Numbered from the stretch's first letter, positions 37,734 through 48,086 are shown. The stretch: 64,000 bases of DNA from Bacteroidales bacterium (GCA_046482855.1 JAWOEH010000127.1:23865-87864); one strand, 5' to 3'. Made by a program: numbers and translations. Notes: a model not told the origin generated them from the letters alone.

Positions 37734-39530
37734 TTATTTTGGTTGGCGTTTACGCTCATTCTCTTTTAGAAAAATCTTTCGTAAACGAATGGCTTTTGGT
37801 GTTACTTCTACATATTCATCGTGCTGGATATACTCCAGAGCCTCTTCCAGCGAGAATTTTATGGAGGGTGCTATTCGGGCTTTATCATCGGAACCTGAAG
37901 CACGAACGTTGGACATTTTTTTACTCTTGGTGACGTTTACTACCAGATCACCTTGTTTGGTGTGTTCACCAACAACTTGTCCTTCATACACCTCTTCTTG
38001 TGGGTCAACAAAGAAACGACCTCTGTCCTGCAATTTGTCAATTGCATAAGCAAACGCATTTCCGGTTTCCAGCGCAATGAGGGAGCCATTCTGACGTTTT
38101 TCAAAATCGCCTTTATATGCCTCAAAAGCTTCGAAGCGGTGAGTCATGACAGCTTCTCCTGCGGTGGCTGTCATCAAGATGTTTTTTAGGCCTATAATGC
38201 CCCGCGAAGGAATATTGAATTCCAGAATTGTTCTGTCGCCCTTGCGTTCCATATTAATCAGTTCCCCCTTGCGTTGCTGTACCTGTTCAATGGCTTTTCC
38301 TGACTGTTCTTCGGGAAGATCAATGGTCAACAGCTCTACAGGTTCGTGTTTTTCTCCGTCAATTTCTTTAATAATTACCCTTGGCTGTCCAACCTGCAGC
38401 TCGTAGCCCTCGCGTCGCATGGTTTCAATCAGCACCGACAGGTGTAAAATCCCCCGGCCGTACACATTAAAGGCTTCGGCTTTGTTTGTGGATTCAACAC
38501 GTAGAGCCAGGTTTTTTTCCAATTCCTTCTCCAGGCGCTCGTTCAGGTGTCGGGAAGTGACAAATTTTCCGTCACGACCAAAGAAGGGGGAGTCGTTAAT
38601 GGTGAAGAGCATGCTCATGGTGGGCTCATCGATGGCAATTGGATCTAAACCCTCAGGGTTTTCAAGATCCGCAACGGTGTCGCCAATGCCAAAATTCTCA
38701 AGGCCAACCAATGCACAGATGTCGCCGGCTTGTACCGACTCCACTTTTCGTTTGCTGAGTCCTTCGTAAATCATCAGCTCTTTAATACGGGTGCGTTTGA
38801 TGGATTGGTCGCGTTTAACCAAAGAAACAGGCATGTTGGGGCGTAACTCCCCACGCAACAACTTCCCAATAGCAATTCGCCCGATATACGGGGAGTAATC
38901 GAGTGAGGTAATCAGGAGTTGGGGTGTTCCTTCGTAGGTTACCGGCTGTGGCACATGTTTAATAATGGCTTCCATCAAAGGGGCAATATCATTTGAGGGT
39001 TTTTTCCAATCATCGGACATCCAGCCCTCTTTTGCCGAACCATATACAGTAGGGAAGTCCAGCTGTTCTTCGGTAGCATCCAGATTAAACATCAAATCGA
39101 ACACCTCTTCCTGTACCTCTTCTGGGCGACAATTTTTCTTGTCTACCTTGTTGATAACCACAATGGGCTTGAGGCCTAACGAAAGGGCTTTTTGCAGCAC
39201 AAAACGGGTTTGTGGCATGGTGCCTTCAAAGGCATCAACCAGCAGTAGTACGCCGTCGGCCATATTTAACACACGCTCTACCTCTCCACCAAAATCGGCG
39301 TGACCAGGTGTGTCGATGATATTAATCTTAATGTCCTTGTAGTTTACCGAAACATTTTTTGACAAGATGGTAATACCGCGCTCGCGCTCCAGATCGTTGC
39401 TATCCAGTATCAGATCGCCCGGATTCTCATTTTCTCTAAACAACTGACCGAAGTATAACATTTTATCCACTAAGGTGGTTTTGCCATGATCAACGTGGGC
39501 AATAATGGCGATATTTCTCATCTCTTTCAT
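37734..39530 (-). CDS. typA: Translational GTPase TypA/BipA
   Basis: MKEMRNIAIIAHVDHGKTTLVD, DTPGHADFGGEV, NKVD, and EF-G-like domains. The ATG at 39530 is preferred over the ORF-track start at 39554. Confidence 0.95.
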   Translation of the reverse strand: MKEMRNIAIIAHVDHGKTTLVDKMLYFGQLFRENENPGDLILDSNDLERERGITILSKNVSVNYKDIKINIIDTPGHADFGGEVERVLNMADGVLLLVDAFEGTMPQTRFVLQKALSLGLKPIVVINKVDKKNCRPEEVQEEVFDLMFNLDATEEQLDFPTVYGSAKEGWMSDDWKKPSNDIAPLMEAIIKHVPQPVTYEGTPQLLITSLDYSPYIGRIAIGKLLRGELRPNMPVSLVKRDQSIKRTRIKELMIYEGLSKRKVESVQAGDICALVGLENFGIGDTVADLENPEGLDPIAIDEPTMSMLFTINDSPFFGRDGKFVTSRHLNERLEKELEKNLALRVESTNKAEAFNVYGRGILHLSVLIETMRREGYELQVGQPRVIIKEIDGEKHEPVELLTIDLPEEQSGKAIEQVQQRKGELINMERKGDRTILEFNIPSRGIIGLKNILMTATAGEAVMTHRFEAFEAYKGDFEKRQNGSLIALETGNAFAYAIDKLQDRGRFFVDPQEEVYEGQVVGEHTKQGDLVVNVTKSKKMSNVRASGSDDKARIAPSIKFSLEEALEYIQHDEYVEVTPKAIRLRKIFLKENERKRQPK

Positions 39531-39675
39531 ACAATATAATTTTCTAACTATCAATAATAACGGGCATTCCAGCCATGGGGATCTGGCATCCTAAAATTTA
39601 AGGGTGCAAAGGTAGGGCTTTTTCCTGAACCTGAGCGAAAAAAGTAGATTAAGATGAGGTACTTATTTCATACAA

Positions 39676-39704
39676 AGAAAAAGCCGCTCCTAAATGGAAC
39701 GGCT
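39676..39704 (-). terminator. Intrinsic terminator after the DUF2723 gene
   Basis: On the minus strand: AGCCGTTCC-attta-GGAGCGGCT followed by TTTTTCTTTG. Confidence 0.55.
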
Positions 39705-39732
39705 AAAGGAAACGAGTTGTTCACCTGGTGGG

Positions 39733-42700
39733 TTATAAACCCATCGACAGGTTAAGAATGTTGTCAATACTATCAGCAACATCTGTTTGCTTATTGTTTC
39801 GTGCAGCTTCAGCTAAACGGTAAAGCTTGTGCATTGCTAAGCGTTGTTCATACTCGATGCTTGGCGCAAGGTGCCCAGGCAAGCTCGTAAAGTAGAGCAA
39901 CTCTTGTTCTGCATCCTGCGCAATATCCAGAGCCAACTGGTTGGCTTTTTCGATGGCTCCTGCTTGGTAGTAGGAATTTACCAACCGAAGCGATAACAAG
40001 TTATAGGGGTAGTTTTGCGGGGGCATTAATTCTACACATCGATCTAAAACAGCTACGGCAGAGTCTCGCTTTCCCTGTTCCGATAGAGCATCTGCTAAAC
40101 GGGCAAATTTATTCCGTATGCGTACTACCCGTGTCGTCCTATCCAGGGTATGATCTACCCAAATAGCCGTGTCCTGCATATTTCCCCAGGTAAATTTCTC
40201 TATCAGGTTCTTATACATACGCTCGGTATGCACGCGTCCTTCGTTCAGATAGTCTTCACTCTTCGATTTGATAGGAACTAACCGATAGGCAAAACCTTCA
40301 AGTTGAAGATAATCGGTTAAGCCTATATCGCTGTCATCTTGCGTTGAGACAAAGTATACCGGTCTTTCCCAATTGTTATTGGCCAGCAGATCCATGATTA
40401 TCATTTCACTCTTATATACCCGGTTTTTATCCAGAGTCCATCGTATTTCAGGGGCAATTTTATGTGCCAACTCAGGAGCTACTGTGCCGTTGTTTACTAC
40501 AGTTGCAGAGTCAACAGCCAGGCGATATTTTTTACTGGGGATATAATCGATTTTTTCCGTTGGGGAGAGTGGCAGTTTCGTTCTTGGATCATCATTTTCG
40601 ATGAAATCCATAATCTGGCCCAGTCCCACGTAGCCGTCAATACGGTCGAAAATGTACAACACGTCATTCGTGCCCTGTTCATACTTCTCAAAAGGCAATT
40701 GAATCGGCAGTGGCTCTGATTCATAAACCTTTCGTTTCATTTGATCGATATACCAATCGGTGTTCAGCAAACTCAGGTTTACTACACGTACATCGGTTCG
40801 AATGCCTTCTACTTCTTGCGCATACCATAGCGGGAAGGTATCATTATCGCCATGAGTAAATAATATGGCGTTCGGGGCACAAGTTTCCAGGTAGTTGCGG
40901 GCAAAATCACGTGCAACATATCTTTCGGAGCGATCATGATCATCCCAATTTTGGGCTGCCATTAATGTTGGCACAGCTACCAGCGAAATTACAGTTGCCA
41001 ATGAAGCGCTTAGCGTGCTGGGAGCAAACCGGCGAATTCCATGATAGAGCCCCATAACACCGAGTCCTATCCAGATGGCAAAAGCGTAGAATGAACCCGC
41101 GTAGGCATAGTCGCGCTCGCGAGGTTGCAGAGGCGTTTGATTCAGGTAAACAACAATGGCTAATCCCGTGAGGATAAAGAGTAACATCACCACCCAAAAA
41201 TTATTGCCGTCGCGTTTATACTGAGCAATTAATCCGATTAAGCCCAGCAGTAAAGGAAGCATAAAATAAGTATTTCGAGCCTTGTGGTTTTTATATTTAT
41301 CGGGAAGATTATCCTGCGGCCCCAGGCGCATTTCATCCAGAAAATTAATGCCTGAGAGCCAATTTCCATCTAAAAGACTTCCGTGGCTCTGAATGTCGTT
41401 TTGTTTCCCGGCAAAATTCCACATAAAGTAACGCACGTACATATGTCCCACCTGATAAGAGAGGAAGAATTGCAGGTTTTCCCCAAAGGTAGGTACACGT
41501 TCTACTTTCGGATTGCCATCCTGCCCTGTGATACGAACCTTTCGTCCCTCTATATCGGCCCATTTTTTATACTCTTCGATATGCGAAGGATTAGGACTGT
41601 ACATACGGGGGAAGATCGTTGTAAACCTGCTGTCGTATTCGTATACAGGATTCAAGGAGTAGGATTTAACATAGCGGTTGTCTGCCTGACGATAGGTATA
41701 GGGATCTTTTGAATCGATAACCGGAGCATTATAATACTGACCCTTAAACAAGGGGCGGCTGCCGTATTGTTCTCGGTTCAGGTAGTGCTGTAGGCTGAAT
41801 ACCGTTTCCGGATTATTTTCGTCCATGGGTGGATTGGCAAGCGATCGAATAACAATCATTGAGAATGATGAGTAGCCGATCATGATTACCGTTACCGCCA
41901 GGATAAGAGTATTTGCCAGGACTTTTCGTTTTCTTCGCGTGTAGATTAATCCAAAAACAATCAAGCCAATAAGTAACATGGCATAGAAGATTACACCACT
42001 CTTAAACGGCAACCCAAACCCATTTACAAAGAGCAGTTCAAACCAGGAGGCCACTTTTACTACACCGGGAATGATGATGTACATAATACTGGCCAATAGA
42101 ATCACAGATACTCCTAATGCGCTGAGCACTCCCCGACGTGTAGGCTCATATTTACGAAAATAGTAGATGAATACCATGGCTGGAATTGCCAGCAGGTTGA
42201 GCAAGTGAACACCAATGGACAGCCCCATTAAATAAGCAATGAGAATAATCCATCGGTTGGCGTGCGGCTGGTCGGCAATATTCTCCCACTTTAACATGGC
42301 CCAGAAAACAACGGCTGTAAACAGCGACGATAGGGCATATACCTCGCCTTCAACTGCCGAGAACCAGAAGGTATCGGAAAATGTATAAGCTAAGGCTCCT
42401 ACCAATCCACTACCGATAACCGCTAAAAGGTTGCCTGTGGTTAATTCCTCACGACTGCCGGGAACCATTTTTATGGCAAGATGTGTGATGCTCCAAAATA
42501 GAAACAGAATCGTAAAGGAACTTGCCAGAGCCGACATGGCATTAACCATCATGGCTACGTTTGCTGTATCATTGGTAAGCAGGGAAAAAGTACGTGCCAG
42601 AATCATGAAAAAAGGAGCCCCCGGAGGGTGTCCTACTTCTAATTTGTAAGCTGTTGCAATAAATTCGCCACAATCCCAAAAGCTGGTTGTTGGCTCTATT

Positions 42701-42777
42701 GTTGAAAGATACACAAACGAGGCAATGAGAAATACTACCCAGCCTGTTATTCGGTTAACCTGTTTAAATCGTGTCAT
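39733..42777 (-). CDS. DUF2723 (TMEM260-like, GT-C fold) polytopic membrane glycosyltransferase-like protein with C-terminal TPR region
   Basis: N-terminal signature TTSFWDCGEFIATAYKLEVGHPPGAPFFM, more than 10 TM helices, a large extracytoplasmic domain and a TPR-like C-terminus. Confidence 0.85.
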   Translation of the reverse strand: MTRFKQVNRITGWVVFLIASFVYLSTIEPTTSFWDCGEFIATAYKLEVGHPPGAPFFMILARTFSLLTNDTANVAMMVNAMSALASSFTILFLFWSITHLAIKMVPGSREELTTGNLLAVIGSGLVGALAYTFSDTFWFSAVEGEVYALSSLFTAVVFWAMLKWENIADQPHANRWIILIAYLMGLSIGVHLLNLLAIPAMVFIYYFRKYEPTRRGVLSALGVSVILLASIMYIIIPGVVKVASWFELLFVNGFGLPFKSGVIFYAMLLIGLIVFGLIYTRRKRKVLANTLILAVTVIMIGYSSFSMIVIRSLANPPMDENNPETVFSLQHYLNREQYGSRPLFKGQYYNAPVIDSKDPYTYRQADNRYVKSYSLNPVYEYDSRFTTIFPRMYSPNPSHIEEYKKWADIEGRKVRITGQDGNPKVERVPTFGENLQFFLSYQVGHMYVRYFMWNFAGKQNDIQSHGSLLDGNWLSGINFLDEMRLGPQDNLPDKYKNHKARNTYFMLPLLLGLIGLIAQYKRDGNNFWVVMLLFILTGLAIVVYLNQTPLQPRERDYAYAGSFYAFAIWIGLGVMGLYHGIRRFAPSTLSASLATVISLVAVPTLMAAQNWDDHDRSERYVARDFARNYLETCAPNAILFTHGDNDTFPLWYAQEVEGIRTDVRVVNLSLLNTDWYIDQMKRKVYESEPLPIQLPFEKYEQGTNDVLYIFDRIDGYVGLGQIMDFIENDDPRTKLPLSPTEKIDYIPSKKYRLAVDSATVVNNGTVAPELAHKIAPEIRWTLDKNRVYKSEMIIMDLLANNNWERPVYFVSTQDDSDIGLTDYLQLEGFAYRLVPIKSKSEDYLNEGRVHTERMYKNLIEKFTWGNMQDTAIWVDHTLDRTTRVVRIRNKFARLADALSEQGKRDSAVAVLDRCVELMPPQNYPYNLLSLRLVNSYYQAGAIEKANQLALDIAQDAEQELLYFTSLPGHLAPSIEYEQRLAMHKLYRLAEAARNNKQTDVADSIDNILNLSMGL

Positions 42778-42977
42778 CGATAATTAGTCGTTTGATTAGG
42801 GTTGAATATAGTTTGCCAATAAATGCCGAAAATAAAGAAAAAGCAATGAATAGTGAAATAAAAAGGCAATATATTAAACGGACGACAGACGCTGGTATTT
42901 TTTCTGTTATCAAATATTCTCGTATTTTTACCAAGAGCAAATTATTCTAGAGCTAAATATTTTTAACACATTTCCCC

Positions 42978-45854
42978 ATGTCTGGCCGATCGTTTTTTAT
43001 TGTTTTAGTACTTCTATTTCCCTTAATGGGGAATGCACAGTATTTTAATCAAGGGGTGGAGCCGGGAAAAGTAAAATGGAGGCAAATTGATACTGATCAG
43101 TTTCAGGTGATCTTTCCCAAAGGAGCCGATTCGTTAGGCCAGCAAGTTACCCGCTATCTTCTCGAGGCTGGTCGTGTCGCCAGTCGTTCTCTTACTCATC
43201 AACCCCGTAAAATAGCGGTTATATTGCACACACATACAGTTCGTTCCAATGGATTTGTTGCCTGGGCACCCAAGCGAAGCGAGTGGTATGTTACACCACC
43301 CCCTTCGTCCGACACACAGGATTGGCTTGCGCATCTTGCGTTACATGAATACAGACACGTGGTGCAAACCGACAGGATGAATCAGGGTGTTACAAAGGTG
43401 CTGGCTACTATTTTGGGTGAGCAAGGCCTGGCTTACTCCTCCGGAATGCTTCCTTTCTGGTATCTGGAAGGCGATGCCGTGTGGACTGAAACAGCACTTT
43501 CGTCATCGGGACGAGGAAGAGACCCCTCTTTTTTGCGGATTCACCGAACTAAATTATTGAGCGACGATCCTATGTTTTCACTAGATCAGTCGCTGTTCGG
43601 AAGTTATAAGCAGCTTGTTCCCAATCATTATCAAACCGGTTATTTACTTACTGCGTTCGGTCGCAAAGTTTCAGGGCGTAATACTTGGCAACAGGTGCAG
43701 GATCGAGTAGCGCAGTTCCCTCATGGTATCCTGCCAACCCCATGGCCATTTGCCGTAGGGATGAAACGTCACTTTGGATACAATCAAAAACAGTTTTACC
43801 ATCATGCGATGGATTCGCTTCAGCTGTTTTGGGATGGGTGGACCCCGGCAAATGAGCCTCAGCAATATGAACCCCTCACATCCGAAAACAGCACTGATTA
43901 TGTGGATTATCGGTCCCCGGTGCTCAGCCAGGATGGAACTCTTTATGCTATCCGTCGAACGTATGATGAAACGGACTGTATCGTATCTATCATAGGGAAG
44001 GAAGAGATTGTGGTAACACCCGTAGGCAAATTGATCTCGGATCGGATAACTACAGCAAAAGGTCTATTTGCCTGGGCTGAGAGACGCTCTCATCCCCGTT
44101 GGGAAAATCTTGAGTATGCCGAGGTGTGGCTCTATGATAACCAACGGGACCGACTATCGAAGGTAAGGGAGAAAACCCGCTGGTTCTCCCCGGCTTTGAG
44201 TCCGGATGGAAATACATTAGCTGTTATCGAAGTGTCACCGCTGAATACCTTTTACCTGGAGCTTGTAAATCCATTTAGTGGCAAGGAAATACAGAGCCTT
44301 GAGGCACCCGGAGGCCACTTTATTTCCCATCCGGTTTGGCGTGCTGACGGGAAAGCTCTGTGGGTACTGGAGACAGCTCATGATCAAAAATACATACGAA
44401 AATACCATATCCAGGCCGATGCTTGGGGCAAGCCAATATCGCTTACCTCTGGAGATATTCAGTGGATAGATACGTATGATGAGGGACTGGTTTTTCATGC
44501 CACGGAATCGGGATTGGATCAACTATACCAATATAATACCCAAAACGCGAGCGTCAATACCCTTTCAGAGGACACCAACGGCTTACGTGACTTTTGCATA
44601 AGTGCGAACAGCAAGAGGATTATTGCAAGTAGATATACTTCGCGCGGAAGTGAGCTGGTATCAATGCCTTTTGAGCAACATGCGAATAAGTTGCAATCCA
44701 ATGGAACGATTCCCTTTCAGTCTGCCTGGAAGCAAGAATCGGCAAAATTTTCTTCTAATTCCTATATCGACACGGTTTTTACTATACAGAAGTACCCACG
44801 TTTTGCCCATTTATTTAATTTTCATAGTTGGCTTCCCTTGTATGCCGATATTGGAGAGATTAGCCAGAGTGCCGATTTTCAGGCTGCGAATAAAGCAATA
44901 ATTCCGGGAATCACCCTGTTGTCGCAGAATAAACTCAGTACAACCACCAGTTACTTAAGTTATGGTTATCGGAGTTCTTCGCATTATCTTGCCAGTGGAA
45001 TCAGCTACCAGGGTTGGTTTCCTGTTTTTCAGCTTGAAGCCAGGGTGGGGGGCAGCACTGCCATTTATTCCGCCACATCGGAGTGGCTACCTGATAGAGA
45101 TGAACCTCATCAGGAACTTTTGGTGAGAGGTTTTGTGCCATTAGATTTTTCTCAGGCCAATTATGTGGTGACATTGAAACCACAGGTGGAATATAATTTC
45201 ACCAATGCAAGTTACTACAACTATGCCCATGATTATTACCAGAAGGGCTATGATGAACTTCGTGGAAGCGTGAACTTTAGTTATTATAAGCGCATGGCAA
45301 TGCGCGATTTGCTGCCTAATTGGGGAGTTTTACTTCAGGGGAACTATATTCACTCCCTCAAGGATGAAGGGTTGTTCGGCGATATTTACTATGGCTATGG
45401 AATCTTGTATTTAAAAGGATTGGCCAGAAATGATGGCTTTCGCTTGCTGGCGGGTTTTCAGAAACAAGATCCCGGTCTTTACCTGTTTGGAACAAAACTA
45501 AATTTTCCCAGAGGATACGAGGCCACCAGAACGGAAAAGTTGTTTTTATTCCGGGGATCTTACCACGTTCCATTGGTTTACCCCGATTGGAGTATAGGAA
45601 GTTTTGCCTACATTAAACGTTTGCGGCTAAGCCTTTTTTATGATTTTGGAAGAAACTCTTTTCAACAAGTTCACGACGAACAGGCAGTAACCCAGATACG
45701 TAATTTACATTCGCTGGGGAGCGAAATCTCTGTAGATGCCCATTTTTTTCGGATGATGCTCCCGATAAGTATGGGTATAAGGACGGGATATAAACCTAGA
45801 CAAGAAAAGGGTTTTGTGGAGAGTTTTATAAATTTGCAGTTGAATCAGTTTTAA
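42978..45854 (+). CDS. Secreted 958-aa protein: HExxH (gluzincin-like) N-domain, TolB/PD40-like beta-propeller, C-terminal OM beta-barrel-like region
   Basis: Signal peptide MSGRSFFIVLVLLFPLMGNAQ. LALHEYRHVVQ is followed downstream by YLEGDAVW. PD40-like repeats are present (SPVLSQDGTLYAI, SPALSPDGNTLAVIE, HPVWRADGKALWV). The tail is aromatic-rich with alternating residues and ends ..NLQLNQF. Confidence 0.6.
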   Translation: MSGRSFFIVLVLLFPLMGNAQYFNQGVEPGKVKWRQIDTDQFQVIFPKGADSLGQQVTRYLLEAGRVASRSLTHQPRKIAVILHTHTVRSNGFVAWAPKRSEWYVTPPPSSDTQDWLAHLALHEYRHVVQTDRMNQGVTKVLATILGEQGLAYSSGMLPFWYLEGDAVWTETALSSSGRGRDPSFLRIHRTKLLSDDPMFSLDQSLFGSYKQLVPNHYQTGYLLTAFGRKVSGRNTWQQVQDRVAQFPHGILPTPWPFAVGMKRHFGYNQKQFYHHAMDSLQLFWDGWTPANEPQQYEPLTSENSTDYVDYRSPVLSQDGTLYAIRRTYDETDCIVSIIGKEEIVVTPVGKLISDRITTAKGLFAWAERRSHPRWENLEYAEVWLYDNQRDRLSKVREKTRWFSPALSPDGNTLAVIEVSPLNTFYLELVNPFSGKEIQSLEAPGGHFISHPVWRADGKALWVLETAHDQKYIRKYHIQADAWGKPISLTSGDIQWIDTYDEGLVFHATESGLDQLYQYNTQNASVNTLSEDTNGLRDFCISANSKRIIASRYTSRGSELVSMPFEQHANKLQSNGTIPFQSAWKQESAKFSSNSYIDTVFTIQKYPRFAHLFNFHSWLPLYADIGEISQSADFQAANKAIIPGITLLSQNKLSTTTSYLSYGYRSSSHYLASGISYQGWFPVFQLEARVGGSTAIYSATSEWLPDRDEPHQELLVRGFVPLDFSQANYVVTLKPQVEYNFTNASYYNYAHDYYQKGYDELRGSVNFSYYKRMAMRDLLPNWGVLLQGNYIHSLKDEGLFGDIYYGYGILYLKGLARNDGFRLLAGFQKQDPGLYLFGTKLNFPRGYEATRTEKLFLFRGSYHVPLVYPDWSIGSFAYIKRLRLSLFYDFGRNSFQQVHDEQAVTQIRNLHSLGSEISVDAHFFRMMLPISMGIRTGYKPRQEKGFVESFINLQLNQF

Positions 45855-45870
45855 TTTTATTTGGGATTTG

Positions 45871-46797
45871 ATGGAATTATTTGGCGAGTATAGGTGGTAT
45901 TTTATTGCCGTTTTCAGCATTGGCGTTATTCTATTTGTGTTTTTACGACTTTATTTACGTCGTTTCCAGAATAGGGGTAGTGGCTTTATTAAAAAAGTCA
46001 GACGATTCGATGCTGTCCGCCCCCGAAAGGGGTCGAAATCCATGGTAGCCAACCAGCGGGAAGAGGCATTGGAAAATTTTCATAGTCGGTTTAGCATTGT
46101 AAAACGTACCGTGCTGTTTCTTTTTGTTTTTGTTTGGCTGTTGCTCCTTGTTTTTCCTCTTTTTAACAAGGTTTCTGCCGCTGCTATTTCTATTTTTGCT
46201 GCTGTAATAACAGTAATTGTAGGTACAGCAGCGCGACCTTTTGTTGAGAATTTCATTGCCGGGATTGTTATTACTTTTTCGCGACAATTGCGTACCGGAG
46301 ATACAGTAACTATTGATGATGCTTATGGTACTGTGGAAGATATTTCCATGACACATACCATTATTAAATTGTGGAATTGGAAACGCTATATCATTCCTAA
46401 CAGCCGCATGTTGAATAAAGAGCTGGTGAGTTTTACTACAAAGGACTCCTTCATATGGACACATGTTGAGTTTTATGTGGCTTATGACGCACCGTTGGAA
46501 GTGGTTCGGCAATTGGCAACAGAAACCGCCCAGCATAGTTCTTACAACGGAGGTTCCGAGCTCCCAAGCTTTTGGGTAATGGAGATGGAAAAGGATGCTG
46601 TTAAATGCTGGATTGCAGCATGGACCAAATCACCGGCTGATTCTTGGTACCTGAAAATAGACATTCGCAATAAATTAATTGAAAAATTGCAACAGCACAA
46701 TATTCGTTGCCATATGGCACAGGTGCAACATTCCGGAACAATTCCTGTTACCTTGCATAACCAAGAGGCAAAGAAAAAGAGACCCCCGGAATACTAA
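45871..46797 (+). CDS. Mechanosensitive ion channel family protein (MscS-like)
   Basis: Three TM helices, then the MscS beta-domain motif ITFSRQLRTGDTVTIDDAYGTVEDISMTHTIIKLWNWKRYIIPNS. ATG at 45871 (45868 is a TTG). Confidence 0.85.
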   Translation: MELFGEYRWYFIAVFSIGVILFVFLRLYLRRFQNRGSGFIKKVRRFDAVRPRKGSKSMVANQREEALENFHSRFSIVKRTVLFLFVFVWLLLLVFPLFNKVSAAAISIFAAVITVIVGTAARPFVENFIAGIVITFSRQLRTGDTVTIDDAYGTVEDISMTHTIIKLWNWKRYIIPNSRMLNKELVSFTTKDSFIWTHVEFYVAYDAPLEVVRQLATETAQHSSYNGGSELPSFWVMEMEKDAVKCWIAAWTKSPADSWYLKIDIRNKLIEKLQQHNIRCHMAQVQHSGTIPVTLHNQEAKKKRPPEY

Positions 46798-46922
46798 ATA
46801 GGTTCGATCCGAAGTTTTACTAAGGGTTGACAAAAAGCTGATAGGAGATGGTGAAACCTGAAATATAAGGTATATTTCATGCTTTTCGGATAGATGCAAG
46901 AGTTAGTTTCAGGGAGTTTTTC

Positions 46923-46930
46923 TATCTTTG
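46923..46930 (+). promoter_or_regulatory. Bacteroidetes -7 box (TAtcTTTG) upstream of the bactofilin gene
   Basis: Matches TAnnTTTG, 40 nt upstream of ATG 46970. Confidence 0.3.
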
Positions 46931-46969
46931 TTATTGACTAAATGGCGAAATCATTAAATTTTTATTACA

Positions 46970-47356
46970 ATGGCAAAATACACTGAGACCGATAATAGTG
47001 CAATAAACCTTATAGGTACCGGCACTGAAATTACAGGAGATATCAACTCCAATGGGGATATTCGCGTAGACGGAACCCTTAATGGCAATCTGAAAACTTC
47101 AGGAAAATTGGTTATTGGGGAAACCGGAAAGATTAAGGGAGAGATTGTTTGCAAAAATAGTGAGGTATTAGGAACTATTCAGGGCAAGATCTCTGTTTCC
47201 GAGTTACTCTCGTTAAAGGCATCTTCACGTATCGAAGGAGATATTATAACAAAAAAATTGGCGATTGAGCCAGGAGCCCGTTTTACAGGTAGCTGTAATA
47301 TGAGTGAACCCTCGGGATATGTCACAGGAAAAGCCCCCGAACAGGAGAAAAAATAA
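46970..47356 (+). CDS. Bactofilin (polymer-forming cytoskeletal protein, DUF583)
   Basis: Repetitive beta-helix pattern GTEITGDINSNGDIRVDGTLNGNLKTSGKLVIGETGKIKGEIVCKNSEVLGTIQGKI..EGDIITKKLAIEPGARFTGSC. Confidence 0.88.
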   Translation: MAKYTETDNSAINLIGTGTEITGDINSNGDIRVDGTLNGNLKTSGKLVIGETGKIKGEIVCKNSEVLGTIQGKISVSELLSLKASSRIEGDIITKKLAIEPGARFTGSCNMSEPSGYVTGKAPEQEKK

Positions 47357-47564
47357 CGATGACCCGAAGCAATCGTTAGCCCGCTATGCACGGTATTCGT
47401 CCATTGCTTTTCAGATGGTGGCTGTGGTTGTGCTCTTTGTTCTTGGAGGAGTAAAACTCGATGCTCTTTGGAAAGCAATGGACTTTCCCCTGGCTACGCT
47501 AGTGGGCGCTATAGTAGGTGTGGTATTGGCACTCTATTATTCATTAAAGGATCTTACCAAATGA
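47319..47564 (+). CDS. AtpZ/AtpI family protein (ATPase_gene1)
   Basis: ..YARYSSIAFQMVAVVVLFVLGGVKLDALW..ATLVGAIVGVVLALYYSLKDL gives two TM helices. ATG at 47319 (47304 is a GTG). It overlaps the bactofilin 3' end by ~38 nt in another frame. Confidence 0.7.
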   Translation: MSQEKPPNRRKNNDDPKQSLARYARYSSIAFQMVAVVVLFVLGGVKLDALWKAMDFPLATLVGAIVGVVLALYYSLKDLTK

Positions 47565-47571
47565 TATCACC

Positions 47572-47958
47572 ATGAAAGGAACCTTCAAGCGCTTTGTTAT
47601 CGCCGAATTACTTGTTTTGGGCGTCATTATACTTTTAGGCGGACTACTCTACGCATTTGTTTTCCCAAGTTACTATACTCCCCACGTTCTTTTTGTTCCC
47701 CCTTTTTTATTAGCTGCCTCCCTGTTTCTATTTCGCTTACATGCCTCCAGTACTCAGGTTCGTGATGCGCAGTTTACCTCTCGGTATATGATGACAAATG
47801 GGGTGAAGATGATGGTCTATTTAATTGCCATTGTGATTTATGCCTTTGTGTTTCCTGAAAATGCTCATAGTTTTCTGATAACCTTCTTAATATGCTATTT
47901 TAGTTTAACAACTGTTGAAGTGATTTTTGTCCTTCGATTGGTTAAACAATCAAAATAA
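47572..47958 (+). CDS. Four-TM 128-aa membrane protein, AtpI-like by size, topology and position
   Basis: Four hydrophobic helices, immediately after atpZ. The assignment rests on topology and position only, with no motif-level support. Confidence 0.5.
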   Translation: MKGTFKRFVIAELLVLGVIILLGGLLYAFVFPSYYTPHVLFVPPFLLAASLFLFRLHASSTQVRDAQFTSRYMMTNGVKMMVYLIAIVIYAFVFPENAHSFLITFLICYFSLTTVEVIFVLRLVKQSK

Positions 47959-47993
47959 ATGCTGTAAAACATAGCGTGGATTACGAGAGCCTC

Positions 47994-48013
47994 TCTGTTA
48001 TTCCAATAACAGA
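47994..48013. repeat. Inverted repeat TCTGTTATT-cc-AATAACAGA in the V-ATPase leader
   Basis: Seen directly: 9-bp perfect arms with a 2-nt spacer and no following U-tract. Confidence 0.5.
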
Positions 48014-48047
48014 CGGGAGATTTTAACAAGTTTTATTTGTAAATTTC

Positions 48048-48086
48048 GATTGTTCAGTTAGATTTGTCTCCACTATTTGAACAATC
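48048..48086. repeat. Inverted repeat GATTGTTCA-N21-TGAACAATC in the V-ATPase leader
   Basis: Seen directly: 9-bp perfect arms, about 125 nt upstream of ntpE. Confidence 0.5.

Noticed and set aside
45955-46536. 193-aa antisense ORF inside the MscS gene, and 149-aa antisense ORF (31188-31637) inside fabH
   Set aside because: These lie in the same codon-aligned antisense frame, and the sense genes have clear family motifs. There is no independent signal for a second gene.
47304-47356. Bactofilin/atpZ overlap considered as a programmed frameshift fusion
   Set aside because: Both proteins are complete family members on their own, and no slippery heptamer is evident in the overlap. An ordinary overlapping start (ATG 47319) is sufficient.
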